From assembly GCA_050239825.1 (NCBI GenBank), contig JBFXGO010000015.1, positions 1-46,484 on the forward strand: a stretch of 46,484 bases of DNA, given 5' to 3'. Position numbers and translations under genes: made by a program. Position 1 is the first letter of the stretch. Each line of letters opens with the position of its first letter. Shown one piece after another: positions 29,962 through 41,627 of the stretch. Source of the stretch: a bacterium (GTDB lineage: Bacteria; Hydrothermota; 32-111). The notes below the pieces were generated by a model. It was not told the DNA's origin. It saw only the letters and a program-made list of their open reading frames with translations, and made no database searches.

Positions 29962-30918
29962 ATGAAAAAAGTAAAAAGCAATTCCATAACTAAAGAACTA
30001 ACGACCTTGAATGATATTGAGAGTAAAATTTTCACAATTCGTGATAATCAAGTAATGCTTGACAGCGATTTGGCTCGCTTATATGGAGTAGATATAAAAA
30101 GATTGAATGAACAGGTAAAGAGAAACCTAAAGCGATTTCCTCAAGATTTCATGTTTCAACTTACAAAGGAAGAATCTTTATCTTTAAGGTACCAATTTAG
30201 CGCCTTAAAGGAGAAGGAGATTTTAAGGTCGCAAAATGCGACCTTAAAGCCGAAAAGAGGAACGCATAGAAAATATTTACCGTATGTATTCACCGAACAA
30301 GGAGTAGCAATGCTGTCAGCAGTTTTGAACAGTGACAGAGCAATTGCAGTAAGCATACAAATCATGAACGCTTTTGTTGCGATGAGACACTTCATATCTG
30401 CCAATGTTCAGGTGTTTCATAAACTTGAAAGTGTCGAAAAGAGACAACTGGAGTTTGAGCGGGAAACAGGTAAGAATTTTGAAAAAGTATTTAATGCTAT
30501 AGAGAGCAAAGAAATAACTCCCAAACAGGGAATTTTGTATGACTGAAAGGTTTTTGAAGCTTATAAATTTATTGTTTCAATAATTAAGTCGGCGAATAAA
30601 ACGATACTGCTGATTGATAATTATATAGACGAAACAACATTGACAATGCTATCAAGTAAGAAGAAAAATGTTGAGATAAAAATATGCACTGAAAAAATAG
30701 ATAAAAAACTGCTTCTTGCGGAGGAGCTGTTCAATAAGCAATACGGAAAACTCAAAATAATGAAATTCAAAAAATCGCATGACAGATTCATCATTATAGA
30801 TGAAAAGACAGTTTATCATTTTGGAGCATCGCTTAAAGATGCAGGCAAGAAGTGGTTTGCCTTTTCCAAAATGGACATAAGCGCAATAGAACTTTTAAAT
30901 AATCTTCCGAAGTCATAA
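29962..30918 (+). pseudogene. ORF6N-domain protein with a PLD-like C-terminal domain, split by one in-frame TGA
   Basis: QVMLDSDLARLYGV, RFPQDFMFQL, PYVFTEQGVAMLS. After TGA 30544-46 the same frame continues through LIDNYID and SHDRFIIID to 30918. Confidence 0.85.
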
Positions 30919-30946
30919 AACATATCCCGCCGCTCTTTCTTCTCTG

Positions 30947-31051
30947 AACTATTAACTATCAACTATAAACTATTAACTGTCTTTTCTTGCCCCCGGCTCA
31001 TAGCACATGGCTCACGGCGTCTTTGTAACCCGTAACCCGTAACTCGTAACT
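30947..31051 (-). repeat. Inverted copy of the heptamer module of 42.4/46.0-46.3 kb, followed by a (GTAACYC)n tract
   Basis: The reverse complement of 30947-31025 aligns with ~46187-46265; GTAACCC GTAACCC GTAACTC GTAACT at 31025-51. Confidence 0.85.
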
Positions 31052-31150
31052 ATTTTTTACCCTTGCATTTTGTGTCTTTCGTGATAAAATAATTAGAGCT
31101 TCAGGGCACACGGAAGGAGATTTTTCGATGAGCAAGAAGTTTGGAAAAAA
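31048..31150 (+). promoter_or_regulatory. Portable promoter/RBS module B, copy 3
   Basis: TTGCAT (31063-68), 16 nt, TAAAAT (31085-90), CGGAAGGAG, ATG 31128. Confidence 0.72.
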
Positions 31151-31162
31151 GAGCAAAAAACA

Positions 31163-31759
31163 ATGGCTAATCAAACACTGATAGATTATATTATTCATGG
31201 ACGGGAAGAAAGAAATCTAGAATATAAAGAGTCAATAGATTGGAATACCTTTGAAAATAAAGAAAGGATTATCAAAGCTTGTTTAGCTATGGCTAATTTG
31301 CAGGATGGAGGGATTATCGTTCTCGGTATGAAAGAAGTGAGTAAAGATGTTTGGGAGCCCCAAGGAATGACTTCAGATCATTTTGATACATATTCTCAAG
31401 ATGATGTATCAGAGAAAGTCAATGAGTATGCAGATCCATCTATTCAGATTAAACTTTCTAAAATTCAACACGATAATAAAAATTTCATTGTAATTGAAGT
31501 TGCTGAGTTTAGAGAAATTCCTATTATTTGCAGAAAAACTGGAACTACTTTAAAAAAAGGTGGCATTTATATACGTCCAAAATCTAAAAATGAAAGTGTA
31601 ATAGTTCCAAATGAATCTGAACTGCGAGAGATTTTAGATAAAGCTGTTGAGATAAAACTTGAAAAGCTCAGAATTAGATGCTCCATGATTGCAGAGACAA
31701 AAGAGGTTGATAAGTTATCAAAAGAAAAATATAACGACGAAGTAAAGGATTTATTATGA
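31163..31759 (+). CDS. Schlafen/AlbA_2-domain protein
   Basis: EERNLEYKE, AMANLQDGGIIVLG, FIVIEV, IYIR. Confidence 0.85.
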   Translation: MANQTLIDYIIHGREERNLEYKESIDWNTFENKERIIKACLAMANLQDGGIIVLGMKEVSKDVWEPQGMTSDHFDTYSQDDVSEKVNEYADPSIQIKLSKIQHDNKNFIVIEVAEFREIPIICRKTGTTLKKGGIYIRPKSKNESVIVPNESELREILDKAVEIKLEKLRIRCSMIAETKEVDKLSKEKYNDEVKDLL

Positions 31760-32469
31760 ATGAAATACTTGAAGAAATAAAAAAAGGACCTTATTGGCAG
31801 TTTAGATTCTATCCAGCTGAAATTAAGAATTCAGAAAAAAATGTAATACCCTCTTTAAAAGAATTAAATGAACTAATTGAAACATCTCAAGTAAGATTGC
31901 GCGGATGGTATTTCCCACACATAAATCATGAGAAATTTAAACCAAAAGAAAACTATTATGAAATTGATACAAAATATCTGGAAACAAAAGAGTTTTGGAG
32001 ATTTTATCAAAGCGGACAGTTTATAATGTTTACAAGTATTTATGAAGACGTCTTAGTAAAACAAAAAAGAATACCATATTGGCCACCATTTAATTCAAAT
32101 AATCCAAAAGGATATGTAGAATTTTTAATTTCTATTTATCTCATTACAGAATTTTATTTATTTACGAAAAGAATTTTAGATAAAGTTCCTCAAATTCAGG
32201 AATTAAACATAGAATTGAGCATAAATAACATAGAAGGGTATGAATTGTTTTCAGGAGAATTTAAAAGAGAGCTTTTTAACAGTTATACAAGTTCTTCTCA
32301 AATTATTAGAATTCCACTTAAAACTTTGAAACGAGAGACATTAATAAGTAGTTACAGTAAAATTGCTTTGGATGATGTTAAATATATATTTGAAAGATTC
32401 AATTGGCTAGAACAACCGACACTGGTCTTTGAAGAAGAACAGGCAAAATTGTTAGAGAGAAGACTATAG
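31756..32469 (+). CDS. Hypothetical protein, translationally coupled to the AlbA_2 gene
   Basis: ATGA overlap; 237-aa ORF with LRGWYFPH and [11 protein letters not shown]. Confidence 0.75.
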   Translation: MNEILEEIKKGPYWQFRFYPAEIKNSEKNVIPSLKELNELIETSQVRLRGWYFPHINHEKFKPKENYYEIDTKYLETKEFWRFYQSGQFIMFTSIYEDVLVKQKRIPYWPPFNSNNPKGYVEFLISIYLITEFYLFTKRILDKVPQIQELNIELSINNIEGYELFSGEFKRELFNSYTSSSQIIRIPLKTLKRETLISSYSKIALDDVKYIFERFNWLEQPTLVFEEEQAKLLERRL

Positions 32470-32477
32470 GAGAATCT

Positions 32478-35400
32478 ATGACTGAAAATTCAGTTTTTAT
32501 TACTAATAGTCAAACAAAACAGCTAAAGAAAAGATTAATTGATTTGATTAAAAGCAGTTCAGAACTAAAATTTTTGGTGGGCTTTTTCTATTATTCCGGA
32601 ATTAGAGAATTATATGAAGGGCTTAAAGAAAATTCTTCTATTTGTATGAAGGTCCTTGTTGGTTTATCGGTTTCTAATGATGCCTTTGGACTTGTAGAAT
32701 ATGGTGAAAATGTTAAAGAACTAACACTTGGAGAAAGAGTACAAAGGTTTTATCAATCGATTGAAAATTCAGTAAATTCTGATGATTTTGATACAAAGGA
32801 ATTTTATGAACAAATTAAGTTTTTTATTGAGATGATACAAGATGGGAAATTGATTATTAGAAGGACAAAAGAACCAAATCACTCAAAACTATATTTTTTT
32901 AATTTAACAAATAGTTTGGTCAAGCCCAAATTGTTTATTACGGGAAGTTCAAATCTTACAAAAGCTGGGCTTTCTACACAGAGAGAATTTAATGTAGAGC
33001 TTAGCGATTTTGGTACGATTGAAGCAGAGTTATATTTTAATTCTCTCTGGGATGAGTCAGACAAAATTACAGAGACGGAAAAATATAAAAAGGATTTAAT
33101 AAGAATTTTGCAGAGAAAAACTCTTATAACTGAAATTACTCCTTATGAAGCCTATGCAACCATAATAAAGAATTATTTAGATGTTTTTACTCCAAAAGAT
33201 AGTGATGGTAGAGTTCATAATTTATTAGAAAGCGCTGGCTACAAACCATATACTTATCAAATAGATGCAGTGAGTCAAGCTTTAGAAGTTATCAAAGAAT
33301 ATAATGGTGTAATACTAGCTGATGTTGTTGGATTGGGTAAAACAGTTATCGCCTGTGCGATAGCGAATCTCTTAAATGAGCGTAGAGGATTAATTCTATG
33401 TCCTCCAGGATTAATGGGTGATAATAGTGAATCAAGTGGATGGAGAAAATATACGAAGGAATTTGATTTGCACGGTTGGCAAGTTCGCTCTATTGGCGAT
33501 TTGGAAAATACATGGGCCTATATAAAAGAACAGGATGGATATAATACTGTAATCATTGATGAAGCACATAGATTTAGAAATGAAGATACAGAAAGTTATG
33601 AAACACTATTAAATATCTGTAAGGACAGAAAGGTAATACTTCTGACGGCTACTCCATTCAATAATTCTCCTGCAGATATTTTTGCTTTACTTAAACTGTT
33701 TGTGGTACCCGGGAAATCAAAACTGACTCTTGAAGATGATTTGGATATTACATTTAGAATCTATCAGAATGTTTTTGATAAGCTTTCCTTTATTAATAAG
33801 AATCATAATTCCTCTAAAGAAATAAACAAGAAGAAATCCGAGTCGATTTATAAAGCGTTGTTTGATGAAAACTCAATAGATTTATCAAAAGTAAGAAAAA
33901 AATCGCATTATATTTCCAAGCAAATTAGGCAAGTGATTGAACCTGTTTTGATTCGCAGAAACAGAAAAGATTTAAAAGAAGATCCATTCTATAAAAAGGA
34001 AAAAATAGAGTTATCCATTCTTAAAGATCCTGAAGAAATCTTTTTCAAATTATCCAAAGAGCAATCGGAGTTTTATGACAAAGTAATAAATGAATATTTT
34101 TGCGAGGGAGGAATGTTCAAGGGTGCCATCTACAGACCGTTCTTTTATGAGAAAGAGTTAAAAAAGAGTATTGGCAATAAAAGGAAAAAAGAGAAAAATG
34201 GTTCTGATGATAACAGAGACATGCAGATGCAAGTCAATCTATATGATTTCATGAGAAGATTGCTTGTAAAGAGGTTTGAAAGCTCTTTTGGTGCGTTTGA
34301 AAAGAGTATTAGTAATTTTGAGAAAATACATCTTTCAATTTTGGAATTCATAATAAATTCGGATTTCAAATATATACTGGATAGACAATTCATTGAGAAA
34401 ATACATGAATTAGATTACGAACAAATCTCTATTGAGTTAGTAAAATACATAGAAAAAATTAAAGATAAGAAAGAAATCGTTAATCCTAAAAAGTATAGAG
34501 TATATAATGTAAAGGAATTTTATAGAAAAGAAGAATTTATAAAAGATATTCAAAATGACATATGCTTATTCCAAATAATAAAAAAAGAATTAAAGCAAAT
34601 GGAATTGGTAAACAATGATCCTAAAGTTACAGAAATTTACAATGAGATTGAAAGATTGATTAAGAATAACAAAAATGCCAAAATTGTATTATTTACTGAG
34701 TACATTGATACCGCAAAGCACATTGAAGCAAAGTTTAAGAGCGAAGGAAACAACACTCATTATGTTGTTAAAGATGAACTAAACAAATCAAAAGTTGAAG
34801 AGATAATCAAAAATTTTGATGCATCCTCAAAAATTCAAGAAAATAATTATAATATTCTTATCACAACAGATAAAATGTCTGAAGGATTCAATTTAAATAG
34901 AGCTTTTGCAGTTATAAATTATGATATTCCATGGAATCCAACGCGAGTAATACAAAGGGTAGGCAGAATAAATAGAATAGGAAAGAAAGTCTTTGATTAT
35001 CTTTATATCTATAATATATTCCCTTCAGAAAGGGGTGCAGACATAATTAAGAGCAGACAGATAGCTCAAAATAAAATGTACATGATTCACAACACTCTTG
35101 GTGAAGACTCTAAAATATTTGATGTGGATGAAGTTCCTGAAGCATCAAAACTTTATAAAAAAATTCTGCAGAACCCAAATGAAATTGAAGATGCAGGCTT
35201 TTATACTAAATTAAGGCGAGAGTATGCGGAAATGAAAGAGGATGATATCCTAGTTGAGAAAATCAAGAATATGCCTATTCGTATTAAAGTTGCGAAAAAA
35301 TATGATAACTATTATTTGGATACATTTATTAGGAAGGGAAAAGGTTTCTTCATTAGAAGCGTTGAGGGTGGAAAGAACGGTGTTGTCGATAGTGCTATGG

Positions 35401-35825
35401 AAGATATAATTCATAGAGTTAAATGTGAAAAAGATGAGCATAGTTATGAGATAAGCGAGAAATTTTGGGAAAATTATGAAAACACAAAGAATCCCAAAAA
35501 GAAAACTGAAGAAGTTCCAGAAATGAAAAAGATTGAGACCGAAGCGTATAACAATTTAAAATCAATTTTAGAGATTGACAGTGAGAAACTTTTACCTCTA
35601 AAAGAAGATTTAAGAAAATTGCTTCGAAATATAGAAGAATACAAAACATTGCCATTATATTCTTTAAGAAGAATAAGAAACATCGTAATTACAGATGATA
35701 ATGATAAACTTGCTAAAGAAATAAAAACTGTACTTGATAGAATCAACTTAGGTTCGTCGTTATCTGTTGACAATTCTATAAAAAAAGAAGTTATAATAGC
35801 TGTGGAGAATAGAAATGATATCTGA
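32478..35825 (+). CDS. PLD-nuclease / SNF2-family helicase fusion (restriction-associated)
   Basis: HSKLYFF...GSSNLT (PLD-like), [45 protein letters not shown]. Confidence 0.9.
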   Translation: MTENSVFITNSQTKQLKKRLIDLIKSSSELKFLVGFFYYSGIRELYEGLKENSSICMKVLVGLSVSNDAFGLVEYGENVKELTLGERVQRFYQSIENSVNSDDFDTKEFYEQIKFFIEMIQDGKLIIRRTKEPNHSKLYFFNLTNSLVKPKLFITGSSNLTKAGLSTQREFNVELSDFGTIEAELYFNSLWDESDKITETEKYKKDLIRILQRKTLITEITPYEAYATIIKNYLDVFTPKDSDGRVHNLLESAGYKPYTYQIDAVSQALEVIKEYNGVILADVVGLGKTVIACAIANLLNERRGLILCPPGLMGDNSESSGWRKYTKEFDLHGWQVRSIGDLENTWAYIKEQDGYNTVIIDEAHRFRNEDTESYETLLNICKDRKVILLTATPFNNSPADIFALLKLFVVPGKSKLTLEDDLDITFRIYQNVFDKLSFINKNHNSSKEINKKKSESIYKALFDENSIDLSKVRKKSHYISKQIRQVIEPVLIRRNRKDLKEDPFYKKEKIELSILKDPEEIFFKLSKEQSEFYDKVINEYFCEGGMFKGAIYRPFFYEKELKKSIGNKRKKEKNGSDDNRDMQMQVNLYDFMRRLLVKRFESSFGAFEKSISNFEKIHLSILEFIINSDFKYILDRQFIEKIHELDYEQISIELVKYIEKIKDKKEIVNPKKYRVYNVKEFYRKEEFIKDIQNDICLFQIIKKELKQMELVNNDPKVTEIYNEIERLIKNNKNAKIVLFTEYIDTAKHIEAKFKSEGNNTHYVVKDELNKSKVEEIIKNFDASSKIQENNYNILITTDKMSEGFNLNRAFAVINYDIPWNPTRVIQRVGRINRIGKKVFDYLYIYNIFPSERGADIIKSRQIAQNKMYMIHNTLGEDSKIFDVDEVPEASKLYKKILQNPNEIEDAGFYTKLRREYAEMKEDDILVEKIKNMPIRIKVAKKYDNYYLDTFIRKGKGFFIRSVEGGKNGVVDSAMEDIIHRVKCEKDEHSYEISEKFWENYENTKNPKKKTEEVPEMKKIETEAYNNLKSILEIDSEKLLPLKEDLRKLLRNIEEYKTLPLYSLRRIRNIVITDDNDKLAKEIKTVLDRINLGSSLSVDNSIKKEVIIAVENRNDI

Positions 35826-38800
35826 TCAAAACATTAAAAACGCTCTTGAAGTTCTTATTCAAAATTATTCTGACACAAATTTGTATAAGTTTCTTGAATT
35901 AAAGACTGAGCATATTAGAAAGAAGAAAAATGATTTCACGAGCATTGTTGATAAAGACTTTCTACAATCATTAAATCAGATTGCTGAAATTGAACTGGAA
36001 AATGAGAAAAAAATGTTCGTTATAACCGGAGAGATGAAAAAAGAGTTAAACGAGAGAACGGGAAAGAAAAAACAATATGATGTAGCTAAAGACATCCTAA
36101 AAAGTAACCATAGTTATGATTGCGGCATTTTCGTTTTTTATGACGGAGATGGGAATTTCAGATTTAGTTTAATATTTAAAGAATATTTAGGGGTAAAAGT
36201 AGATGTAAGCACATTTAAAAGATACACATACTATGTCTGTAAGGAATTTACCAATAAAACTTATTTGCAACGAATAGGCAACAGCGATTTCTCCTCATTT
36301 GCCAAGATTAAAGAGGCGTTCTCGGTTGAAAAGGTCACAAAAGAATTTTATCAGGATATTGCCAACTGGTATTTTTGGGCTGTTTCGCATTGTCAATTCC
36401 CCAAAGATGTAGAAGCAGAAGAAAACGGCCGCAATATTGCAGTTATTCGCCTCATCACCAGAATTATTTTTATTTGGTTTATGCGAGAGCGAGGACTCAT
36501 TAATAAAAGCTTGTTTGAAAAACAGCAAATACAAGATATTTTAAAAAATTTAAACAATGACGAATCAAGTTATTACACAGCGATATTGCAAAATTTATTT
36601 TTTGCGACGTTAAGCACTAAAAAAGGAGAAAGGCAGTTTGGTAGCAAGACAAAAGGCCACAGAGGTTATAACCCAGATTTTGGCAATCAATATGTTTTCC
36701 GCTATCAGGAAATGTTTAAAAATTCTGGAAATATAAAAGATTATTTTGGCGATATTCCTTTTTTAAATGGAGGCCTTTTTGAATGTTTGGATGATAAGAA
36801 GAACGGAATTATCATTGACGGATTTTCGCGAACAAAGAAAAACCAACCGAAAGTACCCAATTTGCTATTTTGGGGTGCAGAAGAAACAATTGATTTGAAC
36901 AAAACCTATGGTACAAAAAGTAAAACATACAAAGTACGAGGACTCTTAAATATTTTGTCGTCTTTTAATTTCACGATTGACGAAAACTCGCCTGATGACG
37001 CCGATATAGCACTTGATCCGGAGCTTTTGGGAAGAGTATTTGAAAATCTACTGGCCAGCTTTAATCCTGAAACATCCACCACCGCTCGTAAAGCCACAGG
37101 CAGTTATTACACTCCGCGCGAAATTGTGGATTATATGGTCACTGAATCCTTGAAAGCTTATTTTCAAACGCACTTGAACAATATTGAAAAAATTGATGAA
37201 AAATTGGAGAAGCTTTTTTCCAACGAATTTTCAGTAAATCCTTTTAATGCTAACCAATCTAAAAAATTGGTTAAGCTAATTGAAAACGTCAAAATTGTTG
37301 ATCCAGCTGTTGGCTCCGGTGCTTTTCCTATGGGAGCTTTAAATAAGCTGGTGTTTATACTAAACAAAATTGATCCGGGAAATAAATTATGGAAAGAAGC
37401 GCAGTTAAAGGCGGTTGATGCCATACCCGATCCAAGCGCTAGAAGAATCGCAAAAGAGCGGATTGAAGAGTTTTTTGAAGGTAAAAATGCGGACTATGGT
37501 CGAAAACTATATTTGATTCAACGTTGTATTTACGGTGTAGATATTCAGCAAATTGCCGTGGAAATAGCCAAACTTCGTTTTTTTATCTCACTTTTAGTAG
37601 ATGAAAAGATTGATAAGGAAAAAGATAATTGGGGAATAGAACCGTTACCAAATCTTGATTTCAAAATCATGCAGGGGAATAGCTTGATTTCCGAATTTTT
37701 GGGTATTGATTTTGATGATGGCAAGTATAAACAAGAACAATCGGGAATGCTTTTTGATCAGGATGACGATTCACTTATTAAGGAATTTGAGCAAAAGAAA
37801 ATAGATTTTCAAAACGAAGCGGATAAAGATAATAAAATCAAACTTAAGCAAGATGTGGAAGATTTGATGATTCGTATTTTCGAAAATAAGGTCATAAAGC
37901 AAAAAGGTGATTATTTTAGACAATTGAAAGAGATTGAAAAAAAATATTCTATATTACACAATCAAAAACAGCGGGATGAGATTGTGGCACAAGAAAAGCA
38001 AAAACTCTCCAAAAAATCTGGCTTTGACCTGGAAAATATAGAAAAACAATTGCGCGAATTTACCAGCAAAAAGAAAACAAGACCGTTTTTTCCTTGGAAA
38101 CTATATTTTGCGGAGGTGTTCGAAAAAGAGGGATTTGATGTTGTGATTGCTAATCCGCCGTATATAGGAGAGAAAGGACACAAAAATATATTTAAAGAGG
38201 TTAAGAATGGTGGTCAAATTGGCAAATTCTATTTGGGCAAAATGGATTTTTCCTACTTCTTTTTTCATCTTGCTTTAAACCTTGGTAATCCTGAAGCAAA
38301 AATTGCTTTTATCACTACAAATTATTACCCTACTGCACTTGGAGCAAAGAAATTACGCGAGGATTTTAGAAATAGAACTATTTTAGAAAAACTAATTAAT
38401 TTTAATGAATTAAAGATATTTAAGTCTGCTACTGGTCAACACAATATGGTAACGCTTCTTTCTAAAGGACAAGATGCTAATTATTTTACCAAAACATGCA
38501 TAACTAAAAGGACGGGTGAAGCGAATTCCGGAATATTAAACTCAATTGTCAGTTGGCATGATAGTATGACAGAATATTATACAATTAAACAAAATGATTT
38601 ATATGATGGCAAAGAAGATTATATTCGTTTACCCGGTAATTCTATGATTTCAGATGATCCAGTGCAAAATATTTTAGATAAAATAAAAAAACAAGGGGAA
38701 GTTTTGGGTATCATATGTAATGTCAATAATGGTGTTTTTGCGGGTGCTGACAGTTTGAGCCTAAACAAAAAACAAGAATATAATATTCATAATGCTATAG

Positions 38801-39567
38801 AGGGGGAAGGAATATTTGTGTTAACTAACGAGGAAGTTGTTAATAAAAAATTTACTAAAGAAGAACTAAAATTAATTAAGCCGTTGTATAAAAACTCAGA
38901 TATTAAAAAATATTATACTAACTCAAAAAATGAGCTAAACTTAATAAATTTAAGATACACAGATAGACCTAATTTAGAAAGTTATCCTAATTTTGAAAAG
39001 CATTTATTGAAATTTAAAACTTTATTGAGCAAAAGGCCAGAAACTGGCACTTTAGAATCAGCATTTAAAAACGGTTATTGGTATGTTATGTCTACAAGTC
39101 GAAAAGTGGATATGGAACATGCAAAAATTGTATTTCCTCAAAGAAGTTGCGAAAATACCTTTGGGTATAACGAAGATGTGTGGTATGCCATGTCTGATGT
39201 ATTTTTTATTACTGATAAAAAAGAAAATGCTTTAGTAAAGCTGAAATATATTTTATCTATATTAAATTCAACATTGTTTTATATTTGGTTATATTATAGA
39301 GGAAAAAGAAAAGGTGAAACACTTGAATTAACAGGAACACCAGTTTCTGAAATACCAATAAAAACTATTTCAGAAAAGGATCAAAAACCCTTCATCAACC
39401 TCGTTGATCTAATCCTTGCCATCACCAAATCTGCCGACTACCTGCAAAATCCGGACAAGCAGGCGAAAGTGAAAGAATACGAAAAGCAGATTGATGAGCT
39501 GGTTTACAAACTCTATGAGTTGACGCCGGAGGAAATTGAGATTGTGGAAGGTTCCACAAAAAAATAA
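35815..39567 (+). CDS. Type IIG/Eco57I-like N6-adenine DNA methyltransferase with a TaqI_C-like target recognition region
   Basis: [31 protein letters not shown] (motif I), GVDI, IANPPY (motif IV), C-terminal [16 protein letters not shown]. Confidence 0.92.
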   Translation: MISDQNIKNALEVLIQNYSDTNLYKFLELKTEHIRKKKNDFTSIVDKDFLQSLNQIAEIELENEKKMFVITGEMKKELNERTGKKKQYDVAKDILKSNHSYDCGIFVFYDGDGNFRFSLIFKEYLGVKVDVSTFKRYTYYVCKEFTNKTYLQRIGNSDFSSFAKIKEAFSVEKVTKEFYQDIANWYFWAVSHCQFPKDVEAEENGRNIAVIRLITRIIFIWFMRERGLINKSLFEKQQIQDILKNLNNDESSYYTAILQNLFFATLSTKKGERQFGSKTKGHRGYNPDFGNQYVFRYQEMFKNSGNIKDYFGDIPFLNGGLFECLDDKKNGIIIDGFSRTKKNQPKVPNLLFWGAEETIDLNKTYGTKSKTYKVRGLLNILSSFNFTIDENSPDDADIALDPELLGRVFENLLASFNPETSTTARKATGSYYTPREIVDYMVTESLKAYFQTHLNNIEKIDEKLEKLFSNEFSVNPFNANQSKKLVKLIENVKIVDPAVGSGAFPMGALNKLVFILNKIDPGNKLWKEAQLKAVDAIPDPSARRIAKERIEEFFEGKNADYGRKLYLIQRCIYGVDIQQIAVEIAKLRFFISLLVDEKIDKEKDNWGIEPLPNLDFKIMQGNSLISEFLGIDFDDGKYKQEQSGMLFDQDDDSLIKEFEQKKIDFQNEADKDNKIKLKQDVEDLMIRIFENKVIKQKGDYFRQLKEIEKKYSILHNQKQRDEIVAQEKQKLSKKSGFDLENIEKQLREFTSKKKTRPFFPWKLYFAEVFEKEGFDVVIANPPYIGEKGHKNIFKEVKNGGQIGKFYLGKMDFSYFFFHLALNLGNPEAKIAFITTNYYPTALGAKKLREDFRNRTILEKLINFNELKIFKSATGQHNMVTLLSKGQDANYFTKTCITKRTGEANSGILNSIVSWHDSMTEYYTIKQNDLYDGKEDYIRLPGNSMISDDPVQNILDKIKKQGEVLGIICNVNNGVFAGADSLSLNKKQEYNIHNAIEGEGIFVLTNEEVVNKKFTKEELKLIKPLYKNSDIKKYYTNSKNELNLINLRYTDRPNLESYPNFEKHLLKFKTLLSKRPETGTLESAFKNGYWYVMSTSRKVDMEHAKIVFPQRSCENTFGYNEDVWYAMSDVFFITDKKENALVKLKYILSILNSTLFYIWLYYRGKRKGETLELTGTPVSEIPIKTISEKDQKPFINLVDLILAITKSADYLQNPDKQAKVKEYEKQIDELVYKLYELTPEEIEIVEGSTKK

Positions 39568-39584
39568 TGACCAAAGATAAAATG

Positions 39585-40262
39585 GGAACGGTGCTTGACA
39601 TCTTGACTCTTATAAAACGAATTCGGAGAATATAGAAAGGAGGAAAAGAAATGGCAACAGAAATTGTTAAAAGCATTATGGAATTTTTGAAAATAGTTAT
39701 TCCAATGACCATCACAGCATACTTAGGATATTTATACGCTGTAAAGAAAGATAAGGAAGAAAGAAAAAGAAAATATGAAGAAATGCAATTAACTGAATTT
39801 TACTCACCAATATTAGCTTTACGAAGAAAAATATTATCCTATGGTGAAATGCGAGAAGAAGTATATAGTGCGATGGATAAAACATGGAGGAGCAAATGCA
39901 AAATGACAAATATAGAAAATATTGAATATGAGAAAGAATTTAAGGATTATGATAAAGGGATTGTATATCAGAATGATAAATTTAGAAATATAGTATTCCC
40001 ATTATACAATGATATGATAGAAGTATTTTCAAAAAAATATTGGTTAGCCGAACAAGAAACAAGCTTGTATTATAATAAATTAATCAAGTTTCATGAAATG
40101 TGGAGTATATATTTCCAAAAGGCTGTTCCGGGAGAAGCAATGAGTGAAATTGGGATTACGGAAAGCGAATTATTACCATTTTATGAAAATGTTGAAAAGG
40201 TGTTCAATGAACTTAGATTAAGAATATCAAAAAAAGATAGGAACGGTGCTTGACATCTTGAC
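39585..40262 (+). repeat. Perfect 23-bp direct repeats flanking a single gene
   Basis: GGAACGGTGCTTGACATCTTGAC at 39585-39607 and 40240-40262. Confidence 0.92.
39651..40253 (+). CDS. Hypothetical protein with an N-terminal TM helix
   Basis: AGGAGG RBS; hydrophobic IVIPMTITAYLGYLYAV followed by a helical domain; stop codon lies inside the 23-bp repeat. Confidence 0.75.
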   Translation: MATEIVKSIMEFLKIVIPMTITAYLGYLYAVKKDKEERKRKYEEMQLTEFYSPILALRRKILSYGEMREEVYSAMDKTWRSKCKMTNIENIEYEKEFKDYDKGIVYQNDKFRNIVFPLYNDMIEVFSKKYWLAEQETSLYYNKLIKFHEMWSIYFQKAVPGEAMSEIGITESELLPFYENVEKVFNELRLRISKKDRNGA

Positions 40263-40406
40263 AGAAACAAGACGCCATGGGCAGTGTGCCTTGAGCCGTG
40301 GGCAAGATAAAAAGAGTAAGAAGAAACAAAAGAAAAATTATGATAAAAGGAGCCATGTTGACAAAAGAGATTGGGTGGATAGAATTGAAGAAATCAGGAG
40401 GTAGAG
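40263..40406 (+). promoter_or_regulatory. Portable promoter/RBS module A, copy 1
   Basis: Heptamers, A-rich tract, GGAGCCATG-TTGACA (40358-63), 16 nt, TAGAAT (40380-85), AGGAGG. Confidence 0.8.
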
Positions 40407-41522
40407 ATGGCTGTAAATGGTAATAAGAATCAAAGTAAATATAACTTGACAGACGATTTGCTTAAAACCTTTGTTGTAATTATATTAGGTTTTATTCTTT
40501 GGCTTTATCCCTTTTTATTTCCTAAAACAATTTTAATAATTGTTAACGACATTATAAGTCCTATAATATTAAAACTTATCACTATTGGATTTGTAATTCT
40601 TTATTACTTCATTATTCAATTCAAATACGGTAAAAATATAGTTTATGAACTAGCTTTTAAAATAATATTTTTTCCTTTATATATTTTATATAAAATAGTA
40701 GAAATCATGTTTTCAACATTTGATATTATTAATAAAATATTAAATCTACTTCAAAAGCAATTATCTTGGGTTGTTATAGTATTTTTTGTATATGTAGAAT
40801 TTCTTTTAATATTTCATGACTGCAACATTTATCTTTATATAGTTTTTTTAGTTTTCAGTTTATTCATTTTAGTCTGGTTATTTATTTGGCTTATGAATTG
40901 GGTTTTTAAGCCATTTAAGTCAATAGCAAAGCAGATTATGACAATGTTCTTGAAAATATACAATTCTATTGTTGATATTACTCTTAAAAGTAGCAATGGA
41001 GAAAAAAAACTCAATGAGGTTGAAAATTACATAAAAAAACTAGTTGAGTTCAAGGTAAAATTTACACGAATCAGCGTTGAGAGAATGACTGCTATAGCTT
41101 TTGGACTATTCTATTTCTTAAACATCTCATTAATTGTGATTCTTTACGCAATGCTATATTTGTCTTTAAACAAATTATCGATGTTTTTTATCAAAGACAC
41201 ACATTCTTTACCTATTGACTATGTATTGTGTAGCATAACTACGTTACTTGGTAATACTCCTTATAGCCTTGAACTCCTTACAGGAATTTCGAAAACCCTC
41301 ATCCTAACCGAATTATTTGTAGGTATAATGTTAATGATAATATTACTTGCAATTGCATCATTATTAATGAAAGAACATTCGAGGGAAATTCACTCGGATT
41401 TAGAAGCACTTATGCAAAAGAAAATTGAAGAGTTAAATTATAAAAAGAATAACATTATTAAAGAAATATCTACATCTGATGCGAAAGAATTGAATCTTTT
41501 GGAAAAGAAAGAAAAAGAATGA
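40407..41522 (+). CDS. Multi-pass membrane protein with a C-terminal ion-channel-like TM-pore-TM unit
   Basis: Several TM helices; LYAMLY...DYVLCSITTLLG...KTLILTELFVGI resembles Ion_trans_2. Confidence 0.6.
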   Translation: MAVNGNKNQSKYNLTDDLLKTFVVIILGFILWLYPFLFPKTILIIVNDIISPIILKLITIGFVILYYFIIQFKYGKNIVYELAFKIIFFPLYILYKIVEIMFSTFDIINKILNLLQKQLSWVVIVFFVYVEFLLIFHDCNIYLYIVFLVFSLFILVWLFIWLMNWVFKPFKSIAKQIMTMFLKIYNSIVDITLKSSNGEKKLNEVENYIKKLVEFKVKFTRISVERMTAIAFGLFYFLNISLIVILYAMLYLSLNKLSMFFIKDTHSLPIDYVLCSITTLLGNTPYSLELLTGISKTLILTELFVGIMLMIILLAIASLLMKEHSREIHSDLEALMQKKIEELNYKKNNIIKEISTSDAKELNLLEKKEKE

Positions 41523-41627
41523 TTGTATTGAACGGCATTTTTATATGACATGTAATTGTTAGTTTAATACTGAAACGAAAAAGGTAAAAATAATAGAAAT
41601 GATTAATTGGTAAATGAGAAAAAGCAA

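Noticed and set aside
27394..30918. Prophage (BRO-N, ORF6N and RhuM genes)
   Set aside because: No structural, terminase, replication or integrase genes; these families are common as stand-alone island genes.
32478..39567. DISARM or BREX system
   Set aside because: No DrmA/DrmB (DUF1998), PglZ or BrxC-like genes were recognised.
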